A DNA stretch of 64,000 bases from an uncultured Bacilli bacterium (GTDB lineage Bacteria; Bacillota_I; Bacilli_A; RF39; UBA660): contig CALVOW010000001.1 in assembly GCA_944350445.1 (NCBI GenBank), forward strand, positions 31,863 through 95,862. Reading direction: 5' to 3'. Position 1 is the stretch's first letter; every line of letters begins with the position of its first letter. The notes under the pieces are model-generated. The model was not told the DNA's origin. It did not search any database and was given only the letters and a program-made list of their open reading frames with translations. Of the stretch, positions 21,005 through 31,400 are shown in pieces. A program made the translations under genes and the position numbers.

Positions 21005-21805
21005 TTACCTCCTTTTAATCTCTGAATCATATTGATAACCAAGAGCATCAACTGGAGCTATTACTTTTGTTTGTAATAAAATTCTCAAATTATTAGCTCT
21101 CGTTTTAAGTTCTAAGGGAGCTGATTCTTCTCTTATTACTTGATATAAATCTCTTGTATTACCTTCTTTTATTTGATAACCAACTGGGGTATGAAATTGT
21201 AATTCAAATAAATCGTTATTTTCACTAACAGCAAGCCTTACATTTATTCCTTGATAAGCAGGTTTTCCCCAATTGTTTTTAACATCAATGACGTCATAAC
21301 CCATACTTTCTAAATGATGTAAATATTCATCAACCTTTAAAATATATTCATCATCAGGAATTACTATAGTATAACGAACACTATCACAAATATTATAAGC
21401 AGCTCTTTTATATGAACCATTATAATCTTTACTATCAGCAATAATTTTCCGTTGTAATCCCGCAATTGTTTTTAAGCGGTGTTCAAAAGAAATTAAATAA
21501 GCTCTTTCATCAATAACTAAAGAAATTAAATCTCTAGATATTTTCGGTTCAATACTTTTAGCTCTTTCATAAACATCACGAACAACATCATCAACAATTT
21601 TTTTATGCTCAGAACTTAAAGCCTCATAATCGGTTATTCGATTTAAATATTCTGGACTATGCAAATAATGGTAAACATCATCCCGAATTTTATAATACTC
21701 TTCAACTGTCCAACTACTTTTGCTAAATTCATAACCAACTATATCATCAATTAATTCTTCCCCCCTTTGACTATTATTTAAATTATTTAGTTCATTATTA
21801 GTCAA
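21005..21805 (-). CDS. RelA/SpoT-domain nucleotidyltransferase (small alarmone synthetase-like, diverged)
   Basis: Matches synthetase-fold motifs: HRLKTIAGLQRKI (compare RVKxxxSIxEKxxRK), DSVRYTIV (DxxGxRI), YQGINV (YRSLH) and ELQFHT (EIQIRT). It also has an ~80-aa N-terminal extension. Confidence 0.45.
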   Translation of the reverse strand: MTNNELNNLNNSQRGEELIDDIVGYEFSKSSWTVEEYYKIRDDVYHYLHSPEYLNRITDYEALSSEHKKIVDDVVRDVYERAKSIEPKISRDLISLVIDERAYLISFEHRLKTIAGLQRKIIADSKDYNGSYKRAAYNICDSVRYTIVIPDDEYILKVDEYLHHLESMGYDVIDVKNNWGKPAYQGINVRLAVSENNDLFELQFHTPVGYQIKEGNTRDLYQVIREESAPLELKTRANNLRILLQTKVIAPVDALGYQYDSEIKRR

Positions 21806-21876
21806 TTTATCACTCTTTTCTTCGCTAATTTTTGATTATATGATATACTATATTTATTAAAAAGTAAAGGAAAAAT

Positions 21877-22191
21877 ATGGAAATAATTGTAGAAAATAAA
21901 AAAATAAAATTAGAACTTGCTAATACTTTTTTAAAAAGATTAAAAGGTTTTATGTTTAAAAAAAATATTAATTATTGTCTTTTGTTAAAAACTAATAGCA
22001 TTCATACTTTCTTTATGAAAGAAGATATTGATATTTTAATGACTAATAAAAATAATGAAGTATTATATATTTTTAAAAATGTTAAAAAAAATAAAATAAT
22101 AATTAAAAAAGATACTTATTATACTTATGAATTTCCTAGTAATTTTCTTAAAGATTTTCAAAAAATTTCGAAAATAAAAATAATAAAATAG
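21877..22191 (+). CDS. DUF192 (COG1430) family small protein
   Basis: Pattern L..RLKGFMF … IHTFFMKEDIDIL is typical of DUF192. Confidence 0.4.
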   Translation: MEIIVENKKIKLELANTFLKRLKGFMFKKNINYCLLLKTNSIHTFFMKEDIDILMTNKNNEVLYIFKNVKKNKIIIKKDTYYTYEFPSNFLKDFQKISKIKIIK

Positions 22192-22210
22192 AAGTTCAAT
22201 TATATGACCT

Positions 22211-22717
22211 CTATTTTATTATGTATTCTCGTAAACAAACAGCTTTTTTCTTTTTTAAAGATGATTTTACATTAATAATTCTTTGATTTTTTGATCCGCG
22301 ATATTTGGCACTATAACTTTTTAAATTATTATCAAATTTTCCGTCAACTAAAACATCAACATAGTTTAAAAATTCTAAACAATTGGGTTTATTTAATAAT
22401 TCTTCAAACAAAAAACCTGTATAACACCAAATATTATAGCCTAATTCTTTGCATTTTTTAGCTATTTCTAAACAAGCAAGTGGTTGCATCATTGGATCAC
22501 CACCGGAAAAAGTAATTCCATCTTGAAGTTCTAAACTTTTAATTTCTTCGATTATATCTTGAACGGGAACAATAGTTCCTCCTTCAAAAGAATGCGTTTC
22601 AGGATTGTGACAAAAGGGACAATGATGGGGACAGCCCTGGGTCCAAATAACTGTTCTAATTCCTGGGCCATCCACAACACTATCTTTTTGAATAGGTGAA
22701 GCTAGACGAATTTCCAT
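22211..22717 (-). CDS. nrdG: Anaerobic ribonucleoside-triphosphate reductase activating protein (radical SAM)
   Basis: CPHHCPFCHN cluster. Overlaps nrdD by 1 nt. Confidence 0.85.
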   Translation of the reverse strand: MEIRLASPIQKDSVVDGPGIRTVIWTQGCPHHCPFCHNPETHSFEGGTIVPVQDIIEEIKSLELQDGITFSGGDPMMQPLACLEIAKKCKELGYNIWCYTGFLFEELLNKPNCLEFLNYVDVLVDGKFDNNLKSYSAKYRGSKNQRIINVKSSLKKKKAVCLREYIIK

Positions 22718-25065
22718 TATTTAAATGTATGTTTTACACGGTCACGTTCTTCAGCTCGTTTTCCATTATTGAAACGATCAACAGTTCCTACTAAATAACC
22801 GGTAATTCTCCTAATACGTTCAAATTTAACGCCATCACTTTCTCTTCTACCACAACCTGGACAAACATCACCAATAACACCCGTAAATCCACAAACAGGA
22901 TCACGATCAACTGGATGATTAACAGCCCCATAACCAATTCCTGCTTCTTTCATTAAACGAATTACTTTCATAAAAGCATCGACATTTTCGGTTAAATCTC
23001 CATCAAGTTCAATATAAGAAATATGTCCACCATTTGTTAAAGCATGATATGGTGCTTCTATTTTTATTTTATTAGCAATTGTTGTTTGATAATAGACTGG
23101 AACATGGAAAGAATTCGTATAATATTCACGATCTGTAACTCCGGGAATTACTCCATAAATTGATTTATCAATGGCTGTAAAACGACCTGATAAGCCTTCC
23201 GCAGGAGTCGCAATTAAAGAGAAATTAAGTTTATATTCCTTAGTATATTCATCACAACGATTTCTCATAAAACTAATAATTTCAAGACCTAACTTTTGAC
23301 TAGCTTGCGATTCACCATGATGGAAACCTGTTAAAGCTTTTAAACATTCAGCTAAACCAATAAAACCTTCCGTTAAAGTTCCATGTTTTAAAACCTTACG
23401 TAAATTATCTTTATCTTTTAAATTCTTTGAATCAATCCAAACACCTTGACCTAATAAGAATGGAAAATTATAAACATGACGACGACATTGAATATCAAAA
23501 CGTTCAAGTAACTGATCACGAACTTTATCCATGGTTTCGGCAAGTTCTTTATAGAATCCTTCCATATCAGCTTTTTTATTACCATTTACAATACCATATT
23601 TAATTCCTAAACGAACTAAATTAATTGATGTAAAAGACAAATTCCCACGACCAGTTACAATTTCTCTATCTGGATCGCAAACATTACCAATTACTCTAGT
23701 TCGACATCCCATATAAGCAATTTCAGTATTGATATTTCCTTCTTTATAATATTGTTTATTAAATGGCGCATCAATAAACGAAAAATTAGGAAATAAACGT
23801 TTAGCACTTACACGACAAGCAAGTTTAAATAAATCATAGTTAGGATCGCCTTCATTATAATTTATGCCTTCTTTAACTTTAAAAATGGAAATTGGAAAAA
23901 TAGGAGTTTCTCCATTACCAAGACCAGCCTCAGTTGCAAGTAAATAATTTTTAATTACCATTCTACCTTCAAAACTAGTATCGGTTCCAAAGTTAACAGA
24001 TGAAAAAGGAACTTGAGCCCCAGCACGAGAATGCATAGTATTTAAATTATGAATAAAACTTTCCATGGCTTGATAAGTTAATTTTTCTACTTTAATAATG
24101 GCTTTTTTATGAGCTTTTCGAAATAACAATTCAACGTCACCACTACCCTTAAAAAACTTTTCAAAACGTGACATTGAGAAATTAACTTCTTTAATTTTAC
24201 TAATTTCCTTTTCAATACCTTTCATATTTAAGAAAATATCAAAGCCCATTAATTCTAAATAATCAAATAACAACGCTTTAAATTCTTTACGAAAACTTTT
24301 AACAACTCCAGGTGCCATGTAATAATCAAAAGCTGGAATACTTTGACCACCATGTTGATCATTTTGATTAGATTGAATAACAATAGCCGCAAGAGCAGCA
24401 TAACTCATAATACTATTAGGAGTTCTTAAAAAACCATGACCTGTTGAAAAACCTTTTTCAAACAAAGCATTAAGGTCAATTTGACAACAAGTAGTTGTTC
24501 CCATTGGTAAAAAGTCCATATCATGAATATGAATCATACCCGAATCATGCATATCCGAAAACTCTGGTTTAATAAAATAGGCTTTTGAAAATTCCTTGGA
24601 AATAGTACTACCATATTGAAGCATAGTTCCCATAGCTGTATCACCATTTACATTAGCATTATCACGTTTTGAATCTTCTTCAAAAGCTTCTTTTAAGGAT
24701 AAAGCTTCAATGGCTTTTATTAATTTATGTTGACGTTGAATAAACATACTACGCGATTTAGCACGATTCTCCCGATAAGTTGAAAAACTTTCTAAAACAT
24801 CTAAATATCCAAGTTCACGTAAATTATGTTCAATTAAATCTTGAATATCTTCAATTTTAATCGTTTTAGCATCTTGATAATCCTCATTAATAGCTTCAAT
24901 TACTTTTTTATAAACTAAACTACTATCTTCAGGACTATATTTATCGCCTAAACTATCAAAACCTTTTTTAATTGCAAGTCCAATCTTATCTTCATTAAAT
25001 GGAACTTTTTTTCCATCCCTTTTAATAACTTTTAATGTATTACTTTTACATACATCTGTAATCAT
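22717..25065 (-). CDS. nrdD: Anaerobic ribonucleoside-triphosphate reductase
   Basis: N-terminal ATP-cone, a glycyl-radical C-terminus (…RITGYLVG…) and a Zn ribbon (CPGCG). Confidence 0.9.
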   Translation of the reverse strand: MITDVCKSNTLKVIKRDGKKVPFNEDKIGLAIKKGFDSLGDKYSPEDSSLVYKKVIEAINEDYQDAKTIKIEDIQDLIEHNLRELGYLDVLESFSTYRENRAKSRSMFIQRQHKLIKAIEALSLKEAFEEDSKRDNANVNGDTAMGTMLQYGSTISKEFSKAYFIKPEFSDMHDSGMIHIHDMDFLPMGTTTCCQIDLNALFEKGFSTGHGFLRTPNSIMSYAALAAIVIQSNQNDQHGGQSIPAFDYYMAPGVVKSFRKEFKALLFDYLELMGFDIFLNMKGIEKEISKIKEVNFSMSRFEKFFKGSGDVELLFRKAHKKAIIKVEKLTYQAMESFIHNLNTMHSRAGAQVPFSSVNFGTDTSFEGRMVIKNYLLATEAGLGNGETPIFPISIFKVKEGINYNEGDPNYDLFKLACRVSAKRLFPNFSFIDAPFNKQYYKEGNINTEIAYMGCRTRVIGNVCDPDREIVTGRGNLSFTSINLVRLGIKYGIVNGNKKADMEGFYKELAETMDKVRDQLLERFDIQCRRHVYNFPFLLGQGVWIDSKNLKDKDNLRKVLKHGTLTEGFIGLAECLKALTGFHHGESQASQKLGLEIISFMRNRCDEYTKEYKLNFSLIATPAEGLSGRFTAIDKSIYGVIPGVTDREYYTNSFHVPVYYQTTIANKIKIEAPYHALTNGGHISYIELDGDLTENVDAFMKVIRLMKEAGIGYGAVNHPVDRDPVCGFTGVIGDVCPGCGRRESDGVKFERIRRITGYLVGTVDRFNNGKRAEERDRVKHTFK

Positions 25066-25150
25066 ATACTCCTCCTAAAACTATATTAAGATTTTACAAA
25101 AGATACTTTTTATCTTCTTTTGTACTTCCATTATATGTAATTTTAAAAAA

Positions 25151-25174
25151 ATAAAGTGTTGCAATTGCAACACT
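25151..25174 (-). terminator. Perfect 24-bp palindrome AAAGTGTTGCAATTGCAACACTTT followed by a T-run on the minus strand. Likely terminator of the Rpn-like gene, lying in the nrdD upstream region.
   Basis: Inverted repeat read directly. A-run on plus strand before it gives a U-run after it on the minus strand. Confidence 0.4.
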
Positions 25175-25244
25175 TTACAAAACTTATTTGCAAACTCTTA
25201 TCCCGTAAGGAAATATTTTTTTGAGAAATATTTCTCTTTATATT

Positions 25245-26207
25245 TTAATCTTTCTTATTTAAAGAAAGATAATCTTGAATTATTTTTTCGACTTCTTCTT
25301 TTTTTATATTTACACATGAACTAATTAAATCTATATCTAATTTTTGTTTATACATGTTAATAACAACATCTTTAGTTTTTTTATTGATTCCTTCTTCTAA
25401 AGCTTCAGCTCGTTCTTCTTTTCTAATGCCAGCCCAAATTCTCGCTTCTTCTTCCTCTTTGTTATAAAATCGGCCCCACATTTTTTCATCTTCAGTCATT
25501 TCCGTCAATACTCCTTCCATTAAATTTTTAATTTCCGGTTTCGTTCGAACATGTTCAATGATACTTTCAAAATCTTTTTGTTTAGTTACACACATGGCAG
25601 CTGATAGTAACATTAAATCCTCTTCATATGGTTCAAACATCCCTTGATAATTATTATCATACCAAAGATTATAACATTCGACAATATTAATATTTAAAAC
25701 TTTTTGCTTTTCAGATAAAATATAACCTTCTTCGTTACGAAATACATATTCATCAAAGACTTTTTTATTTATTTTATCAACATAAAAAGTATTAAAGTTA
25801 ACTAAGAAAGTTATGTCTAAGTTTTCAAAATCAGCTCCTTCTTCCAAACCACTAGTTGCAACTTCTTGCATATAGAAAATGTTTCTATCCATAATACTTT
25901 GATAAAACTTTTTCTTAACATTAACTTCTAAAATAATCTTTTTGGAATTAGTGGTATTAATAGATACAACTACATCTCTTTCTGTTTTTTTCTCACCCAA
26001 AGTATGATTTGGAATACTTAAAGGAGCAAGACTTACGCGACCAACAATATCTTTATATTCAACTTTTAAAATTCTTGATAATAATAAAGTTAGAATTTCT
26101 AAGTGTTCAGGATTAGCAAACATTATTTTAAAAGCTTCATCAAAGTAAAGGGGAATAATCTCTCCATCTTGCAAATTTCTTTTTTTCGTTAATATATTCT
26201 GTTTCAT
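25245..26207 (-). CDS. Rpn-family PD-(D/E)XK nuclease (YhgA-like 'putative transposase')
   Basis: N-terminal FDEAFKIMFANPEHL…LLL…IL plus a D…E.Q…R..Y core arrangement. Confidence 0.45.
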   Translation of the reverse strand: MKQNILTKKRNLQDGEIIPLYFDEAFKIMFANPEHLEILTLLLSRILKVEYKDIVGRVSLAPLSIPNHTLGEKKTERDVVVSINTTNSKKIILEVNVKKKFYQSIMDRNIFYMQEVATSGLEEGADFENLDITFLVNFNTFYVDKINKKVFDEYVFRNEEGYILSEKQKVLNINIVECYNLWYDNNYQGMFEPYEEDLMLLSAAMCVTKQKDFESIIEHVRTKPEIKNLMEGVLTEMTEDEKMWGRFYNKEEEEARIWAGIRKEERAEALEEGINKKTKDVVINMYKQKLDIDLISSCVNIKKEEVEKIIQDYLSLNKKD

Positions 26208-26473
26208 TTTACATCCTTAAAAAATAATAGTCCATAAGAAAAAGAGAAATACTTCTCAATATAATATAAACGGTTTTTAATTGGAAAAATAAAATTAGTT
26301 TAAAATATTAATAAAAAATATTTCTCTGTATTTTTTTATTTATCTTTTAGATAAAGGAATTATATTCTATATATCCAAAAAATCCTTAACCATTCCTCAA
26401 TTAATACAACTATGAAATATGCCAAAGTAATTAAAAAAATAATCCCAAAATAGACAATAATTTGTCAAATTAA

Positions 26474-26500
26474 AATAAAAGCCTTGAATTTTCAAGACCT
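26474..26500 (-). terminator. Hairpin CTTGAAAATTCAAG plus T-run after the stop of the 630-aa gene
   Basis: Inverted repeat plus U-run on the minus strand. Confidence 0.4.
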
Positions 26501-26514
26501 TATTTTTTTACATC

Positions 26515-28407
26515 TTAAAGACTAATTTCAAAAGGCGAACTTTTTGTTCCTAACCCTCCTGTTATCTTAACCGCTGATGATAGATTGATAGATGGACGAG
26601 CGTCATTCATGCCAATCGACGGATCGCTGTAGTTCGCAAAGCCATTGCGACTCACGCGCCAGACGTTTGAGGAAGAAAGTGGAGTTATTAACCACATAAA
26701 TTCTGACGAAGAATATCCGCTTCCTTGTTGGCTTGCAAACATCTCTCCATATCTTGGTAGTCCAACATATCCGGTCCATGTATTTGTTGTTTTAGTACAA
26801 TTGGCTGTAGTTACTGTACTGCTTGTAACTTCACAAATTGCTGACTTATAATTATAATAATCTTCAACTATTCCTAAGTAATAAGTTCCTTCGACTAACA
26901 TATTTTTATAAGTTTCACTGATGGAGTTATACCAGGTATTATTCAAATAATAATCCCAGTATGTATCACTATCTCCACTTCCAAACGTTGTACTACTTGA
27001 AAAATTCTTCTCTATTACAGTATTATCATTATCTCTTACATAATCCATTTTATTTAATTTTGTGGTATTGTTTTCAATGCCAACGATTCGATACAACTCA
27101 CCATCAAAATTTACATATTCACCACTATTTCTTGTATTCAAAAGAGTGACACCAGCTGTTATTGTTTCTTTATCCCCACTTATTGTATATGGATCATCAC
27201 TAGTTCCTGTACCGCCATTTATTGTGATTCCTGATTGCAGATTGATGGATGGTCGAGTGCCATGCAGGGTACTCGACATACTGGTGGAGTACGCACCGCC
27301 GTTGGAGTAGTTGATGTACCAGACTCTCGAGTTCGAAGAAGAATAGGGATTCAGCAACCACCAACAATAACCGATATTTAAATAACCATTACTAGAACTT
27401 GTATTTTGATAACTCTTATAGTATTCATAACTATTTAAAAGCCCAACTGGGGCGGTTACCATGGTTGTTTCTGGCAATTTAGTGCTTACATCTGACACTG
27501 TTGAGGCATTGGAATTGGTGGCATTCCAACTAGCATCGGTAACGATGATATTTTCATAATTATATAAAGTACTCAAAAAATCTTCATTTAACCATTGATA
27601 TATATAAGAACTGGTACTCGCATCAGTATAGAAATTGACATCTTCGCCATAAGCAATTGTTGTAATTGCATCATCCGTTATCATTTTCATCGTACCATCT
27701 GGATAAATCGCCGTTATTCTCCATAGTTTACCACTATACCAAACATAATTAAAATCAATATTATCTGCTGAACCCGATATATAAGTTATTCCATCTTCAA
27801 CAACTGATACTTGGTCTGGAGAACTATTAATTGATGACAATATTTTATCACTTAAAGTATTAACTTGAAATACTTCTATTACAATTCTAGCGGTAAAAGT
27901 TTTATTCATATAAGTACTATCGGCTGTTTCCGATAACCACAATTTTACTTTGTAAGTTGCTGTTTCTAAAACATCTAAAACACCACCAGTATCAATATAA
28001 TAATCTTCACTTAAAGTCTTTGGACTATTATAACCTGTATCATTTTTATTGGAAATAAAGCGAATTACACTTTTAAGTTCAGGGTTAGTTGAAGTCTCTT
28101 CAATATAGACATTATACTGAGCTGTAAAATCACCTGTATTTTTTACTGTAAAAATAAGTTCATCACTTTGACTCATTCCTTCACTATCTGACATAGGAAC
28201 AGCATTATTAATAGTTAATTCATTAGTTTCACTATCAATAAACGTTACTTCTAATAAACCGACATTCATAACATAAGTATTTTCTCCTTGATCGCTACTT
28301 CGAAGTAGTGCATAACTAGTTCCTAATAAAAGAACAACTGCTAATATAATCAAAAAGACTGGTAAAAACTTTTTAAACTCCTTGTTAAACTTTAAATATT
28401 CTTTCAT
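26515..28407 (-). CDS. Secreted/membrane-anchored protein with two CLec/DUF1566-like modules (WRLPT..EL ... YWSST ... VRcV type)
   Basis: N-terminal signal anchor. Two ~75-aa modules: …GLLNSYEYY…CWWLLNPYSSSNSRVWYINYSNGGAYS…GTRPSINL, and …VGLPRYGEM…MWLITPLSSSNVWRVSRNGFANYSDP…DARPSINL. Each is encoded by a locally GC-rich DNA patch. Confidence 0.5.
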   Translation of the reverse strand: MKEYLKFNKEFKKFLPVFLIILAVVLLLGTSYALLRSSDQGENTYVMNVGLLEVTFIDSETNELTINNAVPMSDSEGMSQSDELIFTVKNTGDFTAQYNVYIEETSTNPELKSVIRFISNKNDTGYNSPKTLSEDYYIDTGGVLDVLETATYKVKLWLSETADSTYMNKTFTARIVIEVFQVNTLSDKILSSINSSPDQVSVVEDGITYISGSADNIDFNYVWYSGKLWRITAIYPDGTMKMITDDAITTIAYGEDVNFYTDASTSSYIYQWLNEDFLSTLYNYENIIVTDASWNATNSNASTVSDVSTKLPETTMVTAPVGLLNSYEYYKSYQNTSSSNGYLNIGYCWWLLNPYSSSNSRVWYINYSNGGAYSTSMSSTLHGTRPSINLQSGITINGGTGTSDDPYTISGDKETITAGVTLLNTRNSGEYVNFDGELYRIVGIENNTTKLNKMDYVRDNDNTVIEKNFSSSTTFGSGDSDTYWDYYLNNTWYNSISETYKNMLVEGTYYLGIVEDYYNYKSAICEVTSSTVTTANCTKTTNTWTGYVGLPRYGEMFASQQGSGYSSSEFMWLITPLSSSNVWRVSRNGFANYSDPSIGMNDARPSINLSSAVKITGGLGTKSSPFEISL

Positions 28408-28458
28408 AAAGCCTCCATATTATATATCAATTATAATAAATAAACTCGATTTTAGCAA

Positions 28459-31400
28459 TTACTTTTTTGTTAATTCTAATCTTAATCTTTTTTCATCGAC
28501 TCTAATAAATTCATAATTATCTGTATTTATAGTACTAAAATCTGTATAAGCAATATCAATTAATTCTCCATAGTAAGTTTTATCATTAGATGTTGTTTTA
28601 ATATAAATAGCATAATTACCAGTTTTTAAATTTGTTAAATCGATCTCTTTTTGAAACCAAGCTCTTGTTTTATCTAATTTGTCATCAACTGGTAAAACTA
28701 CTTGATAATCACCATTATCAATATAAGAAATATCATAAGTATATCTTTCAAAAGTTTTGGTATTTTCAAAAATAAGTTCTCTTTTTACTGTATCACTCTT
28801 TGAATAAGATACAAAGGCATTATGACTTGTTCCTTTTATTTTTAAAGTATTACCACTAAGTGATAATTCATTAAAGAAATTATACATTGGATCCATACTA
28901 GGTGGTATGTCATAACTTAATAGACCATTATCACGAATTGTAAGTAAAATTGGACTTCCGGCATAACTATAATCTACATCAAACGAGAAACCTCTTGTTT
29001 TTGTCTCTACTCTTCTTGGCATTTCTTGATAAGCAATATTCGTAAAATAAGTGCTTGTCATATAACCAGTATCAGTATTATAGGCAGTAATTGAGATAGT
29101 ATAATCACCTTGTTTAATATTCGTACTAGATAAATCAACTTCACCCATAAACCAACCACCAGAATAATCATAGGCCTTATCATCATCTAAACTAGACATT
29201 TCATAAGGATAATCTAAATATTCATCCATTGTAAACGTATAAGTTTCCTCAGTTTCTTGATTATAGAAAGTTAATTCATGAATAACATTTTTATTATCCA
29301 TTTTTTTAACTCCTAAGAAGCCTTTAAAAAGAAACTTCGTATCACTTACTTGTTCTAAAGACTCATACATGAACAAAGGATTTCCCTCTTGATAATTAGA
29401 AACGGTAACCGTAATTGTTTTTGATACTTTCTCACCCTTTGAATCCGATACTTCATAAGTAACTTCATACTTTCCAGCTTTACTTGTATTAACATTATTT
29501 TTAGTTATTTTAATATCTGAAGTTAAATTACCATCTTCTTGGTCATAAGCTGTAACTCCCTCTTTTGGATCAAAATTTTCGTATAAATATAAAGTTTTAT
29601 TACTAGCTGTAATACTAGGTACTTGATTTAATTTATCTAAAGTATAAGAAAGAGTTCCTTTACTAGTTGAAATATTTGTATTTAACCAAGCATAAGTATT
29701 ATCAACTCCATAATGAATTTTTATCCATAAATCATTGTTATAAGTCATCTTATCAACAATAACTGTATAAGTATCTGTATAAAGACTACCTAAAACACTT
29801 CCCCCAGGACTTGTAAAGACATTTAAATAATCACCACTATTTAAAAGATTAACTTTTAAAATATCTTTATTAGAAAAACTAAGATCACTAGCCTTAATCC
29901 AACCTTTTTGATTTTTACTATAGTCAACTGTTACCATATAGGCAACTACTTTTCCATCATCATCTTTAGCTTCCATAAAAACGGTTGTTAAATGGCCTTT
30001 TTTAATCGTTTTTCCACTTAAAACTGATAAAGTAGCTGTATCATAAACAGAAGTATCCTTAGTAATTAAGCCAACTTTTGGTTCGTAGGTAGCATTGGTT
30101 GCATATTCTTTATATGTATAATTTTTCTCAATATTCGAAAAATTATTAGTATTATACTCGCCATTTTTTGATTTATTAATTTTATCAATAAAAGATGAAT
30201 GCACATAGACATAAGAATCCCAATTATAATAATTACTAAATGAACAACTTTGAATTCTAGTTCTTCCTGAGACTAAATTGGGATCACTAGCTATTTTATA
30301 CCATTTGGTACTACCATTATAACTATCTCCTTCAACCTCACCTAAAATAATAACAGGAATATTTTCATACTTTAATTGATAAGGAATAGCACTTATCATA
30401 TTTGGTTCTGTTCTTGTATTAATACTATCAATATTAGTAATTCCTAGTTGATAATAATTATAATCTAAATAACCATTATCTCGATCGAATAAATAGTAGT
30501 AATTAGCAGCTTTCTCTCCCCATAAAGGATCACTAGCATATTTAATATTCATACCACTACTTTTATTTCCAACATTAGATCCATAATATCTATAATCATT
30601 TGGATTTGCATAGGAACAATTAATATAATTATTAGCATGACCAATAATACTTTGATAAGGATTTAAATAACCCGTTGCTGAATCATAGGCTGACGAATCA
30701 TAAGCAGTATGCCCAAATAAATTATTTTTATTAATAGCAATTGAACTTTGTCCAAGAGAAGATTCATTAGTAGCAAGAGCCATCATCAAAATAGCATTAG
30801 CACCATATAAAGTTTCACTTGATTTAAAAAATATTCCCGTTTGATACATATTAGAGTATCCTGCAACATATTTTTTTCCATAAATTGTTCCAATTAAATT
30901 ACGATTATTTTTTAAATAAGCATCAATATCATCAGCTGAATAATTAGATCTAGCTCGATGTGGTAAATACATATAATAGTTATAATAAGGATTATTATAA
31001 TTAACACTATTTTCATAAGTATCATTCATATAATCTTTAATCATATCACTAGCATATTTATAAAAATAAATACCATCATGACTATAATATCTACCCTCAG
31101 GTAAAAAACTTGGTTTATCATCTAATTCTCTGCCAAATTGCGAATATAAAGTTTGAATATCCTTCGAATAATAATGCCAAAGCGATTTATCAGTTACTTG
31201 ATAATAACTATAACTACCCGTAAAATTTAAAGGTACAATAACATAATTACCATCTTTAATCCATCCAGTAACCCCATTAGTTTTTACTTTAATACCATAA
31301 TTACTATAATTAAGCTCTAAGAATACTCCATCCGTTGCTCCATAACTATTATGATGATTCATATAAGCAATATTTGTTTTAAAAGAAGAATCAGAATAAT

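Noticed and set aside
25151-25174. NrdR operator upstream of nrdD
   Set aside because: The 24-bp palindrome does not match the NrdR-box pattern well and is followed by a U-run on the minus strand. It is more simply a terminator for the upstream Rpn-like gene. The operator idea is not excluded, but it is unsupported.
26208-26514. Intergenic region next to the GC-patch gene as a possible DGR template repeat
   Set aside because: The region is uniformly AT-rich with no similarity to either patch. No reverse transcriptase motif (YxDD) was found in any ORF in the window.
26645-27310. Plus-strand ORFs 26645..26851, 26961..27149 and 27062..27310 inside the 630-aa minus-strand gene
   Set aside because: They have no RBS, lie antisense to a well-supported long CDS, and two of them coincide exactly with the GC-rich patches, where stop codons are rare. 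They are by-products of the compositional anomaly and not genes.
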